Origin: Auanema rhodensis
Lineage: Eukaryota > Animalia > Nematoda
Direction of reading: 5' to 3'
NCBI GenBank assembly: GCA_964057225.1
Contig: OZ059900.1
Span: 19,530,001-19,594,000 of the forward strand
DNA length: 64,000 bases
Shown: positions 27,101-40,900 of the stretch, in pieces
Numbering within the stretch: position 1 is the first letter of the stretch
How the letters are laid out: every line of letters begins with the position of its first letter
The notes under the pieces: generated by a model
Told to the model about the DNA's origin: nothing
The model's input: only the letters and a program-made list of their open reading frames with translations
The model's database searches: none
Translations under genes and position numbers: made by a program

Positions 27101-29778
27101 CACTTTCACGACAAAAAAACAGGGGTTAGAAAATTAAGGAAATTAGCATATTCTGAGGGCACGCCCCTTATGGCTAATATTGATTAAATCGATTTTTGTT
27201 CATATGAGTCGTCAAATGCAACGAATTTCAGCGTGTTACATACTAAAATGAAGCATTTCACATGCTGAACACTAGAAAAATACAAAAACACAGTATTTCC
27301 CATGAGAAATATTTTATTATGCTGGAAAACCAGTTTTTGGAAATTTCGCTGTAAACAAGGTTTTGACTTACGATTTCATGTGTTCAAACTCATGCAATGT
27401 CAATGAAACCTAGCTCAAAATTGTTCGTACAACGTCTAGTTCCACTTTCACGACAAAAAAACAGGGGTTAGAAAATTAAGGAAATTAGCATATTCTGAGG
27501 GCACGCCCCTTATGGCTAATATTGATTAAATCGATTTTTGTTCATATGAGTCGTCAAATGCAACGAATTTCAGCGTGTTACATACTAAAATGAAGCATTT
27601 TACATGCTGAACACTAGAAAAATACAAAAACACAGTATTTCCCATGAGAAATATTTTATTATGCTGGAAAACCAGTTTTTGGAAATTTCGCTGTAAACAA
27701 GGTTTTGACTTACGATTTCATGTGTTCAAACTCATGCAATGTCAATGAAACCTAGCTCAAAATTGTTCCTACAACGTCTAGTTCCACTTTCACGACAAAA
27801 AAACAGGGGTTAGAAAATTAAGGAAATTAGCATATTCTGAGGGCACGCCCTTTATGGCTAATATTGATTAAATCGATTTTTGTTCATATGAGTCGTCAAA
27901 TGCAACGAATTTCAGCGTGTTACATACTAAAATGAAGCATTTCACATGCTGAACACTAGAAAAATACAAAAACACAGTAATACCCATGAGAAATATTTTA
28001 TTATGCTGGAAAACCAGTTTTTGGAAATTTCGCTGTAAACAAGGTTTTGACTTACGATTTCATGTGTTCAAACTCATGCAATGTCAATGAAACCTAGCTC
28101 AAAATTGTTCGTACAACGTCTGGTTCCACTTTCACGACAAAAAAACAGGGGTTAGAAAATTAAGGAAATTAGCATATTCTGAGGGCACGCCCCTTATGGC
28201 TAATATTGATTAAATCGATTTTTGTTCATATGAGTCGTCAAATGCAACGAATTTCAGCGTGTTACATACTAAAATGAAGCATTTTACATGCTGAACACTA
28301 GAAAAATACAAAAACACAGTATTTCCCATGAGAAATATTTTATTATGCTGGAAAACCAGTTTTTGGAAATTTCGCTGTAAACAAGGTTTTGACTTACGAT
28401 TTCATGTGTTCAAACTCATGCAATGTCAATGAAACCTAGCTCAAAATTGTTCGTACAACGTCTAGTTCCACTTTCACGACAAAAAAACAGGAATTAGAAA
28501 ATTAAGGAAATTAGCATATTCTGAGGGCACGCCCCTTATGGCTAATATTGATTAAATCGATTTTTGTTCATATGAGTCGTCAAATGCAACGAATTTCAGC
28601 GTGTTACATACTAAAATGAAGCATTTCACATGCTGAACACTAGAAAAATACAAAAACACAGTATTTCCCATGAGAAATATTTTATTATGCTGGAAAACCA
28701 GTTTTTGGAAATTTCGCTGTAAACAAGGTTTTGACTTACGATTTCATGTGTTCAAACTCATGCAATGTCAATGAAACCTAGCTCAAAATTGTTCGTACAA
28801 CGTCTGGTTCCACTTTCACGACTAAAAAAAAACAGGGGTTAGAAAATTAAGGAAATTAGCATATTCTGAGGGCACGCCCCTTATGGCTAATATTGATTAA
28901 ATCGATTTTTGTTCATATGAGTCGTCAAATGCAACGAATTTCAGCGTGTTACATACTAAAATGAAGCATTTTACATGCTGAACACTAGAAAAATACAAAA
29001 ACACAGTATTTCCCATGAGAAATATTTTATTATGCTGGAAAACCAGTTTTTGGAAATTTCGCTGTAAACAAGGTTTTGACTTACGATTTCATGTGTTCAA
29101 ACTCATGCAATGTCAATGAAACCTAGCTCAAAATTGTTCGTACAACGTCTAGTTCCACTTTCACGACAAAAAAACAGGGGTTAGAAAATTAAGGAAATTA
29201 GCATATTCTGAGGGCACGCCCCCTATGGCTAATATTGATTAAATCGATTTTTGTTCATATGAGTCGTCAAATGCAACGAATTTCAGCGTGTTACATACTA
29301 AAATGAAGCATTTTACATGCTGAACACTAGAAAAATACAAAAACACAGTATTTCCCATGAGAAATATTTTATTATGCTGGAAAACCAGTTTTTGGAAATT
29401 TCGCTGTAAACAAGGTTTTGACTTACGATTTCATGTGTTCAAACTCATGCAATGTCAATGAAACCTAGCTCAAAATTGTTCCTACAACGTCTAGTTCCAC
29501 TTTCACGACAAAAAAACAGGGGTTAGAAAATTAAGGAAATTAGCATATTCTGAGGGCACGCCCTTTATGGCTAATATTGATTAAATCGATTTTTGTTCAT
29601 ATGAGTCGTCAAATGCAACGAATTTCAGCGTGTTACATACTAAAATGAAGCATTTCACATGCTGAACACTAGAAAAATACAAAAACACAGTAATACCCAT
29701 GAGAAATATTTTATTATGCTGGAAAACCAGTTTTTGGAAATTTCGCTGTAAACAAGGTTTTGACTTACGATTTCATGT
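17791..29778 (+). repeat. 14-monomer duplicated block (17791-22584 and 24985-29778)
   Basis: Both copies start with the TTTGTAC+CTGG+T(A)9 monomer and share the marker order, including two CCCCCT monomers (19162/21901 vs 26356/29095). Confidence 0.85.
20530..25329 (+). repeat. 7-monomer tandem duplication (2400-bp period)
   Basis: 20530-22929 and 22930-25329 show the same variants, each with two 345-bp monomers (7x342+6 = 2400). I saw no differences between the copies. Confidence 0.9.
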
Positions 29779-31149
29779 GTTCAAACTCATGCAATGTCAA
29801 TGAAACCTAGCTCAAAATTGTTCGTACAACGTCTGGTTCCACTTTCACGACAAAAAAACAGGGGTTAGAAAATTAAGGAAATTAGCATATTCTGAGGGCA
29901 CGCCCCTTATGGCTAATATTGATTAAATCGATTTTTGTTCATATGAGTCGTCAAATGCAACGAATTTCAGCGTGTTACATACTAAAATGAAGCATTTCAC
30001 ATGCTGAACACTAGAAAAATACAAAAACACAGTATTTCCCATGAGAAATATTTTATTATGCTGGAAAACCAGTTTTTGGAAATTTCGCTGTAAACAAGGT
30101 TTTGACTTACGATTTCATGTGTTCAAACTCATGCAATGTCAATGAAACCTAGCTCAAAATTGTTCGTACAACGTCTAGTTCCACTTTCACGACAAAAAAA
30201 CAGGGGTTAGAAAATTAAGGAAATTAGCATATTCTGAGGGCACGCCCCTTATGGCTAATATTGATTAAATCGATTTTTGTTCATATGAGTCGTCAAATGC
30301 AACGAATTTCAGCGTGTTACATACTAAAATGAAGCATTTTACATGCTGAACACTAGAAAAATACAAAAACACAGTATTTCCCATGAGAAATATTTTATTA
30401 TGCTGGAAAACCAGTTTTTGGAAATTTCGCTGTAAACAAGGTTTTGACTTACGATTTCATGTGTTCAAACTCATGCAATGTCAATGAAACCTAGCTCAAA
30501 ATTGTTCGTACAACGTCTAGTTCCACTTTCACTACTAAAAAACAGGGGTTAGAAAATTAAGGAAATTAGCATATTCTGAGGGCACGCCCCTTATGGCTAA
30601 TATTGATTAAATCGATTTTTGTTCATATGAGTCGTCAAATGCAACGAATTTCAGCGTGTTACATACTAAAATGAAGCATTTCACATGCTGAACACTAGAA
30701 AAATACAAAAACACAGTATTTCCCATGAGAAATATTTTATTATGCTGGAAAACCAGTTTTTGGAAATTTCGCTGTAAACAAGGTTTTGACTTACGATTTC
30801 ATGTGTTCAAACTCATGCAATGTCAATGAAACCTAGCTCAAAATTGTTCGTACAACGTCTGGTTCCACTTTCACGACTAAAAAAAAACAGGGGTTAGAAA
30901 ATTAAGGAAATTAGCATATTCTGAGGGCACGCCCCTTATGGCTAATATTGATTAAATCGATTTTTGTTCATATGAGTCGTCAAATGCAACGAATTTCAGC
31001 GTGTTACATACTAAAATGAAGCATTTTACATGCTGAACACTAGAAAAATACAAAAACACAGTATTTCCCATGAGAAATATTTTATTATGCTGGAAAACCA
31101 GTTTTTGGAAATTTCGCTGTAAACAAGGTTTTGACTTACGATTTCATGT

Positions 31150-34100
31150 GTTCAAACTCATGCAATGTCAATGAAACCTAGCTCAAAATTGTTCGTACAA
31201 CGTCTAGTTCCACTTTCACGACAAAAAAACAGGGGTTAGAAAATTAAGGAAATTAGCATATTCTGAGGGCACGCCCCTTATGGCTAATATTGATTAAATC
31301 GATTTTTGTTCATATGAGTCGTCAAATGCAACGAATTTCAGCGTGTTACATACTAAAATGAAGCATTTTACATGCTGAACACTAGAAAAATACAAAAACA
31401 CAGTAATACCCATGAGAAATATTTTATTATGCTGGAAAACCAGTTTTTGGAAATTTCGCTGTAAACAAGGATTTGACTTACGATTTCATGTGTTCAAACT
31501 CATGCAATGTCAATGAAACCTAGCTCAAAATTGTTAATACAATGTCTAGTTCCACTTTCACGACAAAAAAACAGGGGTTAGAAAATTAAGGAAATTAGCA
31601 TATTCTGAGGGCACGCCCTTTATGGCTAATATTGATTAAATCGATTTTTGTTCATATGAGTCGTCAAATGCAACGAATTTCAGCGTGTTACATACTAAAA
31701 TGAAGCATTTTACATGCTGAACACTAGAAAAATACAAAAACACAGTATTTCCCATGAGAAATATTTTATTATGCTGGAAAACCAGTTTTTGGAAATTTCG
31801 CTGTAAACAAGGTTTTGACTTACGATTTCATGTGTTCAAACTCATGCAATGTCAATGAAACCTAGCTCAAAAATGTTCGTACAACGTCTAGTTCCACTTT
31901 CACGACTAAAAAACAGGGGTTAGAAAATTAAGGAAATTAGCATATTCTGAGGGCACGCCCCTTATGGCTAATATTGATTAAATCGATTTTTGTTCATATG
32001 AGTCGTCAAATGCAACGAATTTCAGCGTGTTACATACTAAAATGAAGCATTTTACATGCTGAACACTAGAAAAATACAAAAACACAGTATTTCCCATGAG
32101 AAATATTTTATTATGCTGGAAAACCAGTTTTTGGAAATTTCGCTGTAAACAAGGTTTTGACTTACGATTTCATGTGTTCAAACTCATGCAATGTCAATGA
32201 AACCTAGCTCAAAATTGTTCGTACAACGTCTAGTTCCACTTTCACGACAAAAAAACAGGGGTTAGAAAATTAAGGAAATTAGCATATTCTGAGGGCACGC
32301 CCCTTATGGCTAATATTGATTAAAGCGATTTTTGTTCATATGAGTCGTCAAATGCAACGAATTTCAGCGTGTTACATACTAAAATGAAGCATTTTACATG
32401 CTGAACACTAGAAAAATACAAAAACACAGTAATACCCATGAGAAATATTTTATTATGCTGGAAAACCAGTTTTTGGAAATTTCGCTGTAAACAAGGTTTT
32501 GACTTACGATTTCATGTGTTCAAACTCATGCAATGTCAATGAAACCTAGCTCAAAATTGTTAATACAATGTCTAGTTCCACTTTCACGACAAAAAAACAG
32601 GGGTTAGAAAATTAAGGAAATTAGCATATTCTGAGGGCACGCCCTTTATGGCTAATATTGATTAAATCGATTTTTGTTCATATGAGTCGTCAAATGCAAC
32701 GAATTTCAGCGTGTTACATACTAAAATGAAGCATTTTACATGCTGAACACTAGAAAAATACAAAAACACAGTATTTCCCATGAGAAATATTTTATTATGC
32801 TGGAAAACCAGTTTTTGGAAATTTCGCTGTAAACAAGGTTTTGACTTACGATTTCATGTGTTCAAACTCATGCAATGTCAATGAAACCTAGCTCAAAATT
32901 GTTTGTACAACGTCTAGTTCCACTTTCACGACTAAAAAACAGGGGTTAGAAAATTAAGGAAATTAGCATATTCTGAGGGCACGCCCCTTATGGCTAATAT
33001 TGATTAAATCGATTTTTGTTCATATGAGTCGTCAAATGCAACGAATTTCAGCGTGTTACATACTAAAATGAAGCATTTCACATGCTGAACACTAGAAAAA
33101 TACAAAAACACAGTATTTCCCATGAGAAATATTTTATTATGCTGGAAAACCAGTTTTTGGAAATTTCGCTGTAAACAAGGTTTTGACTTACGATTTCATG
33201 TGTTCAAACTCATGCAATGTCAATGAAACCTAGCTCAAAATTGTTCGTACAACGTCTGGTTCCACTTTCACGACAAAAAAACAGGGGTTAGAAAATTAAG
33301 GAAATTAGCATATTCTGAGGGCACGCCCCTTATGGCTAATATTGATTAAATCGATTTTTGTTCATATGAGTCGTCAAATGCAACGAATTTCAGCGTGTTA
33401 CATACTAAAATGAAGCATTTTACATGCTGAACACTAGAAAAATACAAAAACACAGTATTTCCCATGAGAAATATTTTATTATGCTGGAAAACCAGTTTTT
33501 GGAAATTTCGCTGTAAACAAGGTTTTGACTTACGATTTCATGTGTTCAAACTCATGCAATGTCAATGAAACCTAGCTCAAAATTGTTCGTACAACGTCTA
33601 GTTCCACTTTCACGACAAAAAAACAGGGGTTAGAAAATTAAGGAAATTAGCATATTCTGAGGGCACGCCCCTTATGGCTAATATTGATTAAATCGATTTT
33701 TGTTCATATGAGTCGTCAAATGCAACGAATTTCAGCGTGTTACATACTAAAATGAAGCATTTTACATGCTGAACACTAGAAAAATACAAAAACACAGTAA
33801 TACCCATGAGAAATATTTTATTATGCTGGAAAACCAGTTTTTGGAAATTTCGCTGTAAACAAGGTTTTGACTTACGATTTCATGTGTTCAAACTCATGCA
33901 ATGTCAATGAAACCTAGCTCAAAATTGTTAATACAATGTCTAGTTCCACTTTCACGACAAAAAAACAGGGGTTAGAAAATTAAGGAAATTAGCATATTCT
34001 GAGGGCACGCCCTTTATGGCTAATATTGATTAAATCGATTTTTGTTCATATGAGTCGTCAAATGCAACGAATTTCAGCGTGTTACATACTAAAATGAAGC

Positions 34101-36963
34101 ATTTTACATGCTGAACACTAGAAAAATACAAAAACACAGTATTTCCCATGAGAAATATTTTATTATGCTGGAAAACCAGTTTTTGGAAATTTCGCTGTAA
34201 ACAAGGTTTTGACTTACGATTTCATGTGTTCAAACTCATGCAATGTCAATGAAACCTAGCTCAAAATTGTTCGTACAACGTCTAGTTCCACTTTCACGAC
34301 TAAAAAACAGGGGTTAGAAAATTAAGGAAATTAGCATATTCTGAGGGCACGCCCCTTATGGCTAATATTGATTAAATCGATTTTTGTTCATATGAGTCGT
34401 CAAATGCAACGAATTTCAGCGTGTTACATACTAAAATGAAGCATTTTACATGCTGAACACTAGAAAAATACAAAAACACAGTATTTCCCATGAGAAATAT
34501 TTTATTATGCTGGAAAACCAGTTTTTGGAAATTTCGCTGTAAACAAGGTTTTGACTTACGATTTCATGTGTTCAAACTCATGCAATGTCAATGAAACCTA
34601 GCTCAAAATTGTTCGTACAACGTCTAGTTCCACTTTCACGACAAAAAAACAGGGGTTAGAAAATTAAGGAAATTAGCATATTCTGAGGGCACGCCCCTTA
34701 TGGCTAATATTGATTAAATCGATTTTTGTTCATATGAGTCGTCAAATGCAACGAATTTCAGCGTGTTACATACTAAAATGAAGCATTTTACATGCTGAAC
34801 ACTAGAAAAATACAAAAACACAGTAATACCCATGAGAAATATTTTATTATGCTGGAAAACCAGTTTTTGGAAATTTCGCTGTAAACAAGGTTTTGACTTA
34901 CGATTTCATGTGTTCAAACTCATGCAATGTCAATGAAACCTAGCTCAAAATTGTTAATACAATGTCTAGTTCCACTTTCACGACAAAAAAACAGGGGTTA
35001 GAAAATTAAGGAAATTAGCATATTCTGAGGGCACGCCCTTTATGGCTAATATTGATTAAATCGATTTTTGTTCATATGAGTCGTCAAATGCAACGAATTT
35101 CAGCGTGTTACATACTAAAATGAAGCATTTTACATGCTGAACACTAGAAAAATACAAAAACACAGTATTTCCCATGAGAAATATTTTATTATGCTGGAAA
35201 ACCAGTTTTTGGAAATTTCGCTGTAAACAAGGTTTTGACTTACGATTTCATGTGTTCAAACTCATGCAATGTCAATGAAACCTAGCTCAAAATTGTTCGT
35301 ACAACGTCTAGTTCCACTTTCACGACTAAAAAACAGGGGTTAGAAAATTAAGGAAAATAGCATATTCTGAGGGCACGCCCCTTATGGCTAATATTGATTA
35401 AATCGATTTTTGTTCATATGAGTCGTCAAATGCAACGAATTTCAGCGTGTTACATACTAAAATGAAGCATTTCACATGCTGAACACTAGAAAAATACAAA
35501 AACACAGTATTTCCCATGAGAAATATTTTATTATGCTGGAAAACCAGTTTTTGGAAATTTCGCTGTAAACAAGGTTTTGACTTACGATTTCATGTGTTCA
35601 AACTCATGCAATGTCAATGAAACCTAGCTCAAAATTGTTCGTACAACGTCTGGTTCCACTTTCACGACAAAAAAACAGGGGTTAGAAAATTAAGGAAATT
35701 AGCATATTCTGAGGGCACGCCCCTTATGGCTAATATTGATTAAATCGATTTTTGTTCATATGAGTCGTCAAATGCAACGAATTTCAGCGTGTTACATACT
35801 AAAATGAAGCATTTTACATGCTGAACACTAGAAAAATACAAAAACACAGTATTTCCCATGAGAAATATTTTATTATGCTGGAAAACCAGTTTTTGGAAAT
35901 TTCGCTGTAAACAAGGTTTTGACTTACGATTTCATGTGTTCAAACTCATGCAATGTCAATGAAACCTAGCTCAAAATTGTTCGTACAACGTCTAGTTCCA
36001 CTTTCACGACAAAAAAACAGGGGTTAGAAAATTAAGGAAATTAGCATATTCTGAGGGCACGCCCCTTATGGCTAATATTGATTAAATCGATTTTTGTTCA
36101 TATGAGTCGTCAAATGCAACGAATTTCAGCGTGTTACATACTAAAATGAAGCATTTTACATGCTGAACACTAGAAAAATACAAAAACACAGTAATACCCA
36201 TGAGAAATATTTTATTATGCTGGAAAACCAGTTTTTGGAAATTTCGCTGTAAACAAGGTTTTGACTTACGATTTCATGTGTTCAAACTCATGCAATGTCA
36301 ATGAAACCTAGCTCAAAATTGTTAATACAATGTCTAGTTCCACTTTCACGACAAAAAAACAGGGGTTAGAAAATTAAGGAAATTAGCATATTCTGAGGGC
36401 ACGCCCTTTATGGCTAATATTGATTAAATCGATTTTTGTTCATATGAGTCGTCAAATGCAACGAATTTCAGCGTGTTACATACTAAAATGAAGCATTTTA
36501 CATGCTGAACACTAGAAAAATACAAAAACACAGTATTTCCCATGAGAAATATTTTATTATGCTGGAAAACCAGTTTTTGGAAATTTCGCTGTAAACAAGG
36601 TTTTGACTTACGATTTCATGTGTTCAAACTCATGCAATGTCAATGAAACCTAGCTCAAAATTGTTCGTACAACGTCTAGTTCCACTTTCACGACTAAAAA
36701 ACAGGGGTTAGAAAATTAAGGAAATTAGCATATTCTGAGGGCACGCCCCTTATGGCTAATATTGATTAAATCGATTTTTGTTCATATGAGTCGTCAAATG
36801 CAACGAATTTCAGCGTGTTACATACTAAAATGAAGCATTTTACATGCTGAACACTAGAAAAATACAAAAACACAGTATTTCCCATGAGAAATATTTTATT
36901 ATGCTGGAAAACCAGTTTTTGGAAATTTCGCTGTAAACAAGGTTTTGACTTACGATTTCATGT
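31150..36963 (+). repeat. 7-monomer (3+4) higher-order repeat, about 2.4 copies (2394-bp period)
   Basis: The order AATAC, AAT, GACT, AATAC, AAT, GACT+TTTCAC, CTGG restarts at 31150, 33544 and 35938. Confidence 0.82.
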
Positions 36964-37989
36964 GTTCAAACTCATGCAATGTCAATGAAACCCAGCTCAA
37001 AATTGTTCGTACAACGTCTAGTTCCACTTTCACGACAAAAAAACAGGGGTTAGAAAATTAAGGAAATTAGCATATTCTGAGGGCACGCCCCTTATGGCTA
37101 ATATTGATTAAATCGATTTTTGTTCATATGAGTCGTCAAATGCAACGAATTTCAGCGTGTTACATACTAAAATGAAGCATTTTACATGCTGAACACTAGA
37201 AAAATACAAAAACACAGTATTTCTCATGAGAAATATTTTATTATGCTGGAAAACCAGTTTTTGGAAATTTCGCTGTAAACAAGGTTTTGACTTACGATTT
37301 CATGTGTTCAAACTCATGCAATGTCAATGAAACCCAGCTCAAAATTGTTCGTACAACGTCTAGTTCCACTTTCACGACAAAAAAACAGGGGTTAGAAAAT
37401 TAAGGAAATTAGCATATTCTGAGGGCACGCCCCTTATGGCTAATATTGATTAAATCGATTTTTGTTCATATGAGTCGTCAAATGCAACGAATTTCAGCGT
37501 GTTACATACTAAAATGAAGCATTTTACATGCTGAACACTAGAAAAATACAAAAACACAGTATTTCCCATGAGAAATATTTTATTATGCTGGAAAACCAGT
37601 TTTTGGAAATTTCGCTGTAAACAAGGTTTTGACTTACGATTTCATGTGTTCAAACTCATGCAATGTCAATGAAACCTAGCTCAAAATTGTTCGTACAACG
37701 TCTAGTTCCACTTTCACGACAAAAAAACAGGGGTTAGAAAATTAAGGAAATTAGCATATTCTGAGGGCACGCCCCTTATGGCTAATATTGATTAAATCGA
37801 TTTTTGTTCATATGAGTCGTCAAATGCAACGAATTTCAGCGTGTTACATACTAAAATGAAGCATTTCACATGCTGAACACTAGAAAAATACAAAAACACA
37901 GTAATACCCATGAGAAATATTTTATTATGCTGGAAAACCAGTTTTTGGAAATTTCGCTGTAAACAAGGTTTTGACTTACGATTTCATGT

Positions 37990-40900
37990 GTTCAAACTCA
38001 TGCAATGTCAATGAAACCCAGCTCAAAATTGTTCGTACAACGTCTAGTTCCACTTTCACGACAAAAAAACAGGGGTTAGAAAATTAAGGAAATTAGCATA
38101 TTCTGAGGGCACGCCCCTTATGGCTAATATTGATTAAATCGATTTTTGTTCATATGAGTCGTCAAATGCAACGAATTTCAGCGTGTTACATACTAAAATG
38201 AAGCATTTTACATGCTGAACACTAGAAAAATACAAAAACACAGTATTTCCCATGAGAAATATTTTATTATGCTGGAAAACCAGTTTTTGGAAATTTCGCT
38301 GTAAACAAGGTTTTGACTTACGATTTCATGTGTTCAAACTCATGCAATGTCAATGAATCCTAGCTCAAAATTGTTCGTACAACGTCTAGTTCCACTTTCA
38401 CGACAAAAAAACAGGGGTTAGAAAATTAAGGAAATTAGCATATTCTGAGGGCACGCCCCTTATGGCTAATATTGATTAAATCGATTTTTGTTCATATGAG
38501 TCGTCAAATGCAACGAATTTCAGCGTGTTACATACTAAAATGAAGCATTTCACATGCTGAACACTAGAAAAATACAAAAACACAGTAATACCCATGAGAA
38601 ATATTTTATTATGCTGGAAAACCAGTTTTTGGAAATTTCGCTGTAAACAAGGTTTTGACTTACGATTTCATGTGTTCAAACTCATGCAATGTCAATGAAA
38701 CCTAGCTCAAAATTGTTCGTACAACGTCTAGTTCCACTTTCACGACAAAAAAACAGGGGTTAGAAAATTAAGGAAATTAGCATATTCTGAGGGCACGCCC
38801 CTTATGGCTAATATTGATTAAATCGATTTTTGTTCATATGATTCGTCAAATGCAACGAATTTCAGCGTGTTACATACTAAAATGAACCATTTTACATGCT
38901 GAACACTAGAAAAATACAAAAACACAGTAATACCCATGAGAAATATTTTATTATGCTGGAAAACCAGTTTTTGGAAATTTCGCTGTAAACAAGGTTTTGA
39001 CTTACGATTTCATGTGTTCAAACTCATGCAATGTCAATGAAACCTAGCTCAAAATTGTTAATACAATGTCTAGTTCCACTTTCACGACAAAAAAACAGGG
39101 GTTAGAAAATTAAGGAAATTAGCATATTCTGAGGGCACGCCCTTTATGGCTAATATTGATTAAATCGATTTTTGTTCATATGAGTCGTCAAATGCAACGA
39201 ATTTCAGCGTGTTACATACTAAAATGAAGCATTTTACATGCTGAACACTAGAAAAATACAAAAACACAGTATTTCCCATGAGAAATATTTTATTATGCTG
39301 GAAAACCAGTTTTTGGAAATTTCGCTGTAAACAAGGTTTTGACTTACGATTTCATGTGTTCAAACTCATGCAATGTCAATGAAACCTAGCTCAAAATTGT
39401 TCGTACAACGTCTAGTTCCACTTTCACGACTAAAAAACAGGGGTTAGAAAATTAAGGAAATTAGCATATTCTGAGGGCACGCCCCTTATGGCTAATATTG
39501 ATTAAATCGATTTTTGTTCATATGAGTCGTCAAATGCAACGAATTTCAGCGTGTTACATACTAAAATGAAGCATTTTACATGCTGAACACTAGAAAAATA
39601 CAAAAACACAGTATTTCCCATGAGAAATATTTTATTATGCTGGAAAACCAGTTTTTGGAAATTTCGCTGTAAACAAGGTTTTGACTTACGATTTCATGTG
39701 TTCAAACTCATGCAATGTCAATGAAACCCAGCTCAAAATTGTTCGTACAACGTCTAGTTCCACTTTCACGACAAAAAAACAGGGGTTAGAAAATTAAGGA
39801 AATTAGCATATTCTGAGGGCACGCCCCTTATGGCTAATATTGATTAAATCGATTTTTGTTCATATGAGTCGTCAAATGCAACGAATTTCAGCGTGTTACA
39901 TACTAAAATGAAGCATTTTACATGCTGAACACTAGAAAAATACAAAAACACAGTATTTCCCATGAGAAATATTTTATTATGCTGGAAAACCAGTTTTTGG
40001 AAATTTCGCTGTAAACAAGGTTTTGACTTACGATTTCATGTGTTCAAACTCATGCAATGTCAATGAAACCTAGCTCAAAATTGTTCCTACAACGTCTAGT
40101 TCCACTTTCACGACAAAAAAACAGGGGTTAGAAAATTAAGGAAATTAGCATATTCTGAGGGCACGCCCTTTATGGCTAATATTGATTAAATCGATTTTTG
40201 TTCATATGAGTCGTCAAATGCAACGAATTTCAGCGTGTTACATACTAAAATGAAGCATTTTACATGCTGAACACTAGAAAAATACAAAAACACAGTATTT
40301 CTCATGAGAAATATTTTATTATGCTGGAAAACCAGTTTTTGGAAATTTCGCTGTAAACAAGGTTTTGACTTACGATTTCATGTGTTCAAACTCATGCAAT
40401 GTCAATGAAACCCAGCTCAAAATTGTTCGTACAACGTCTAGTTCCACTTTCACGACAAAAAAACAGGGGTTAGAAAATTAAGGAAATTAGCATATTCTGA
40501 GGGCACGCCCCTTATGGCTAATATTGATTAAATCGATTTTTGTTCATATGAGTCGTCAAATGCAACGAATTTCAGCGTGTTACATACTAAAATGAAGCAT
40601 TTTACATGCTGAACACTAGAAAAATACAAAAACACAGTATTTCCCATGAGAAATATTTTATTATGCTGGAAAACCAGTTTTTGGAAATTTCGCTGTAAAC
40701 AAGGTTTTGACTTACGATTTCATTTGTTCAAACTCATGCAATGTCAATGAAACCTAGCTCAAAATTGTTCGTACAACGTCTAGTTCCACTTTCACGACAA
40801 AAAAACAGGGGTTAGAAAATTAAGGAAATTAGCATATTCTGAGGGCACGCCCCTTATGGCTAATATTGATTAAATCGATTTTTGTTCATATGAGTCGTCA

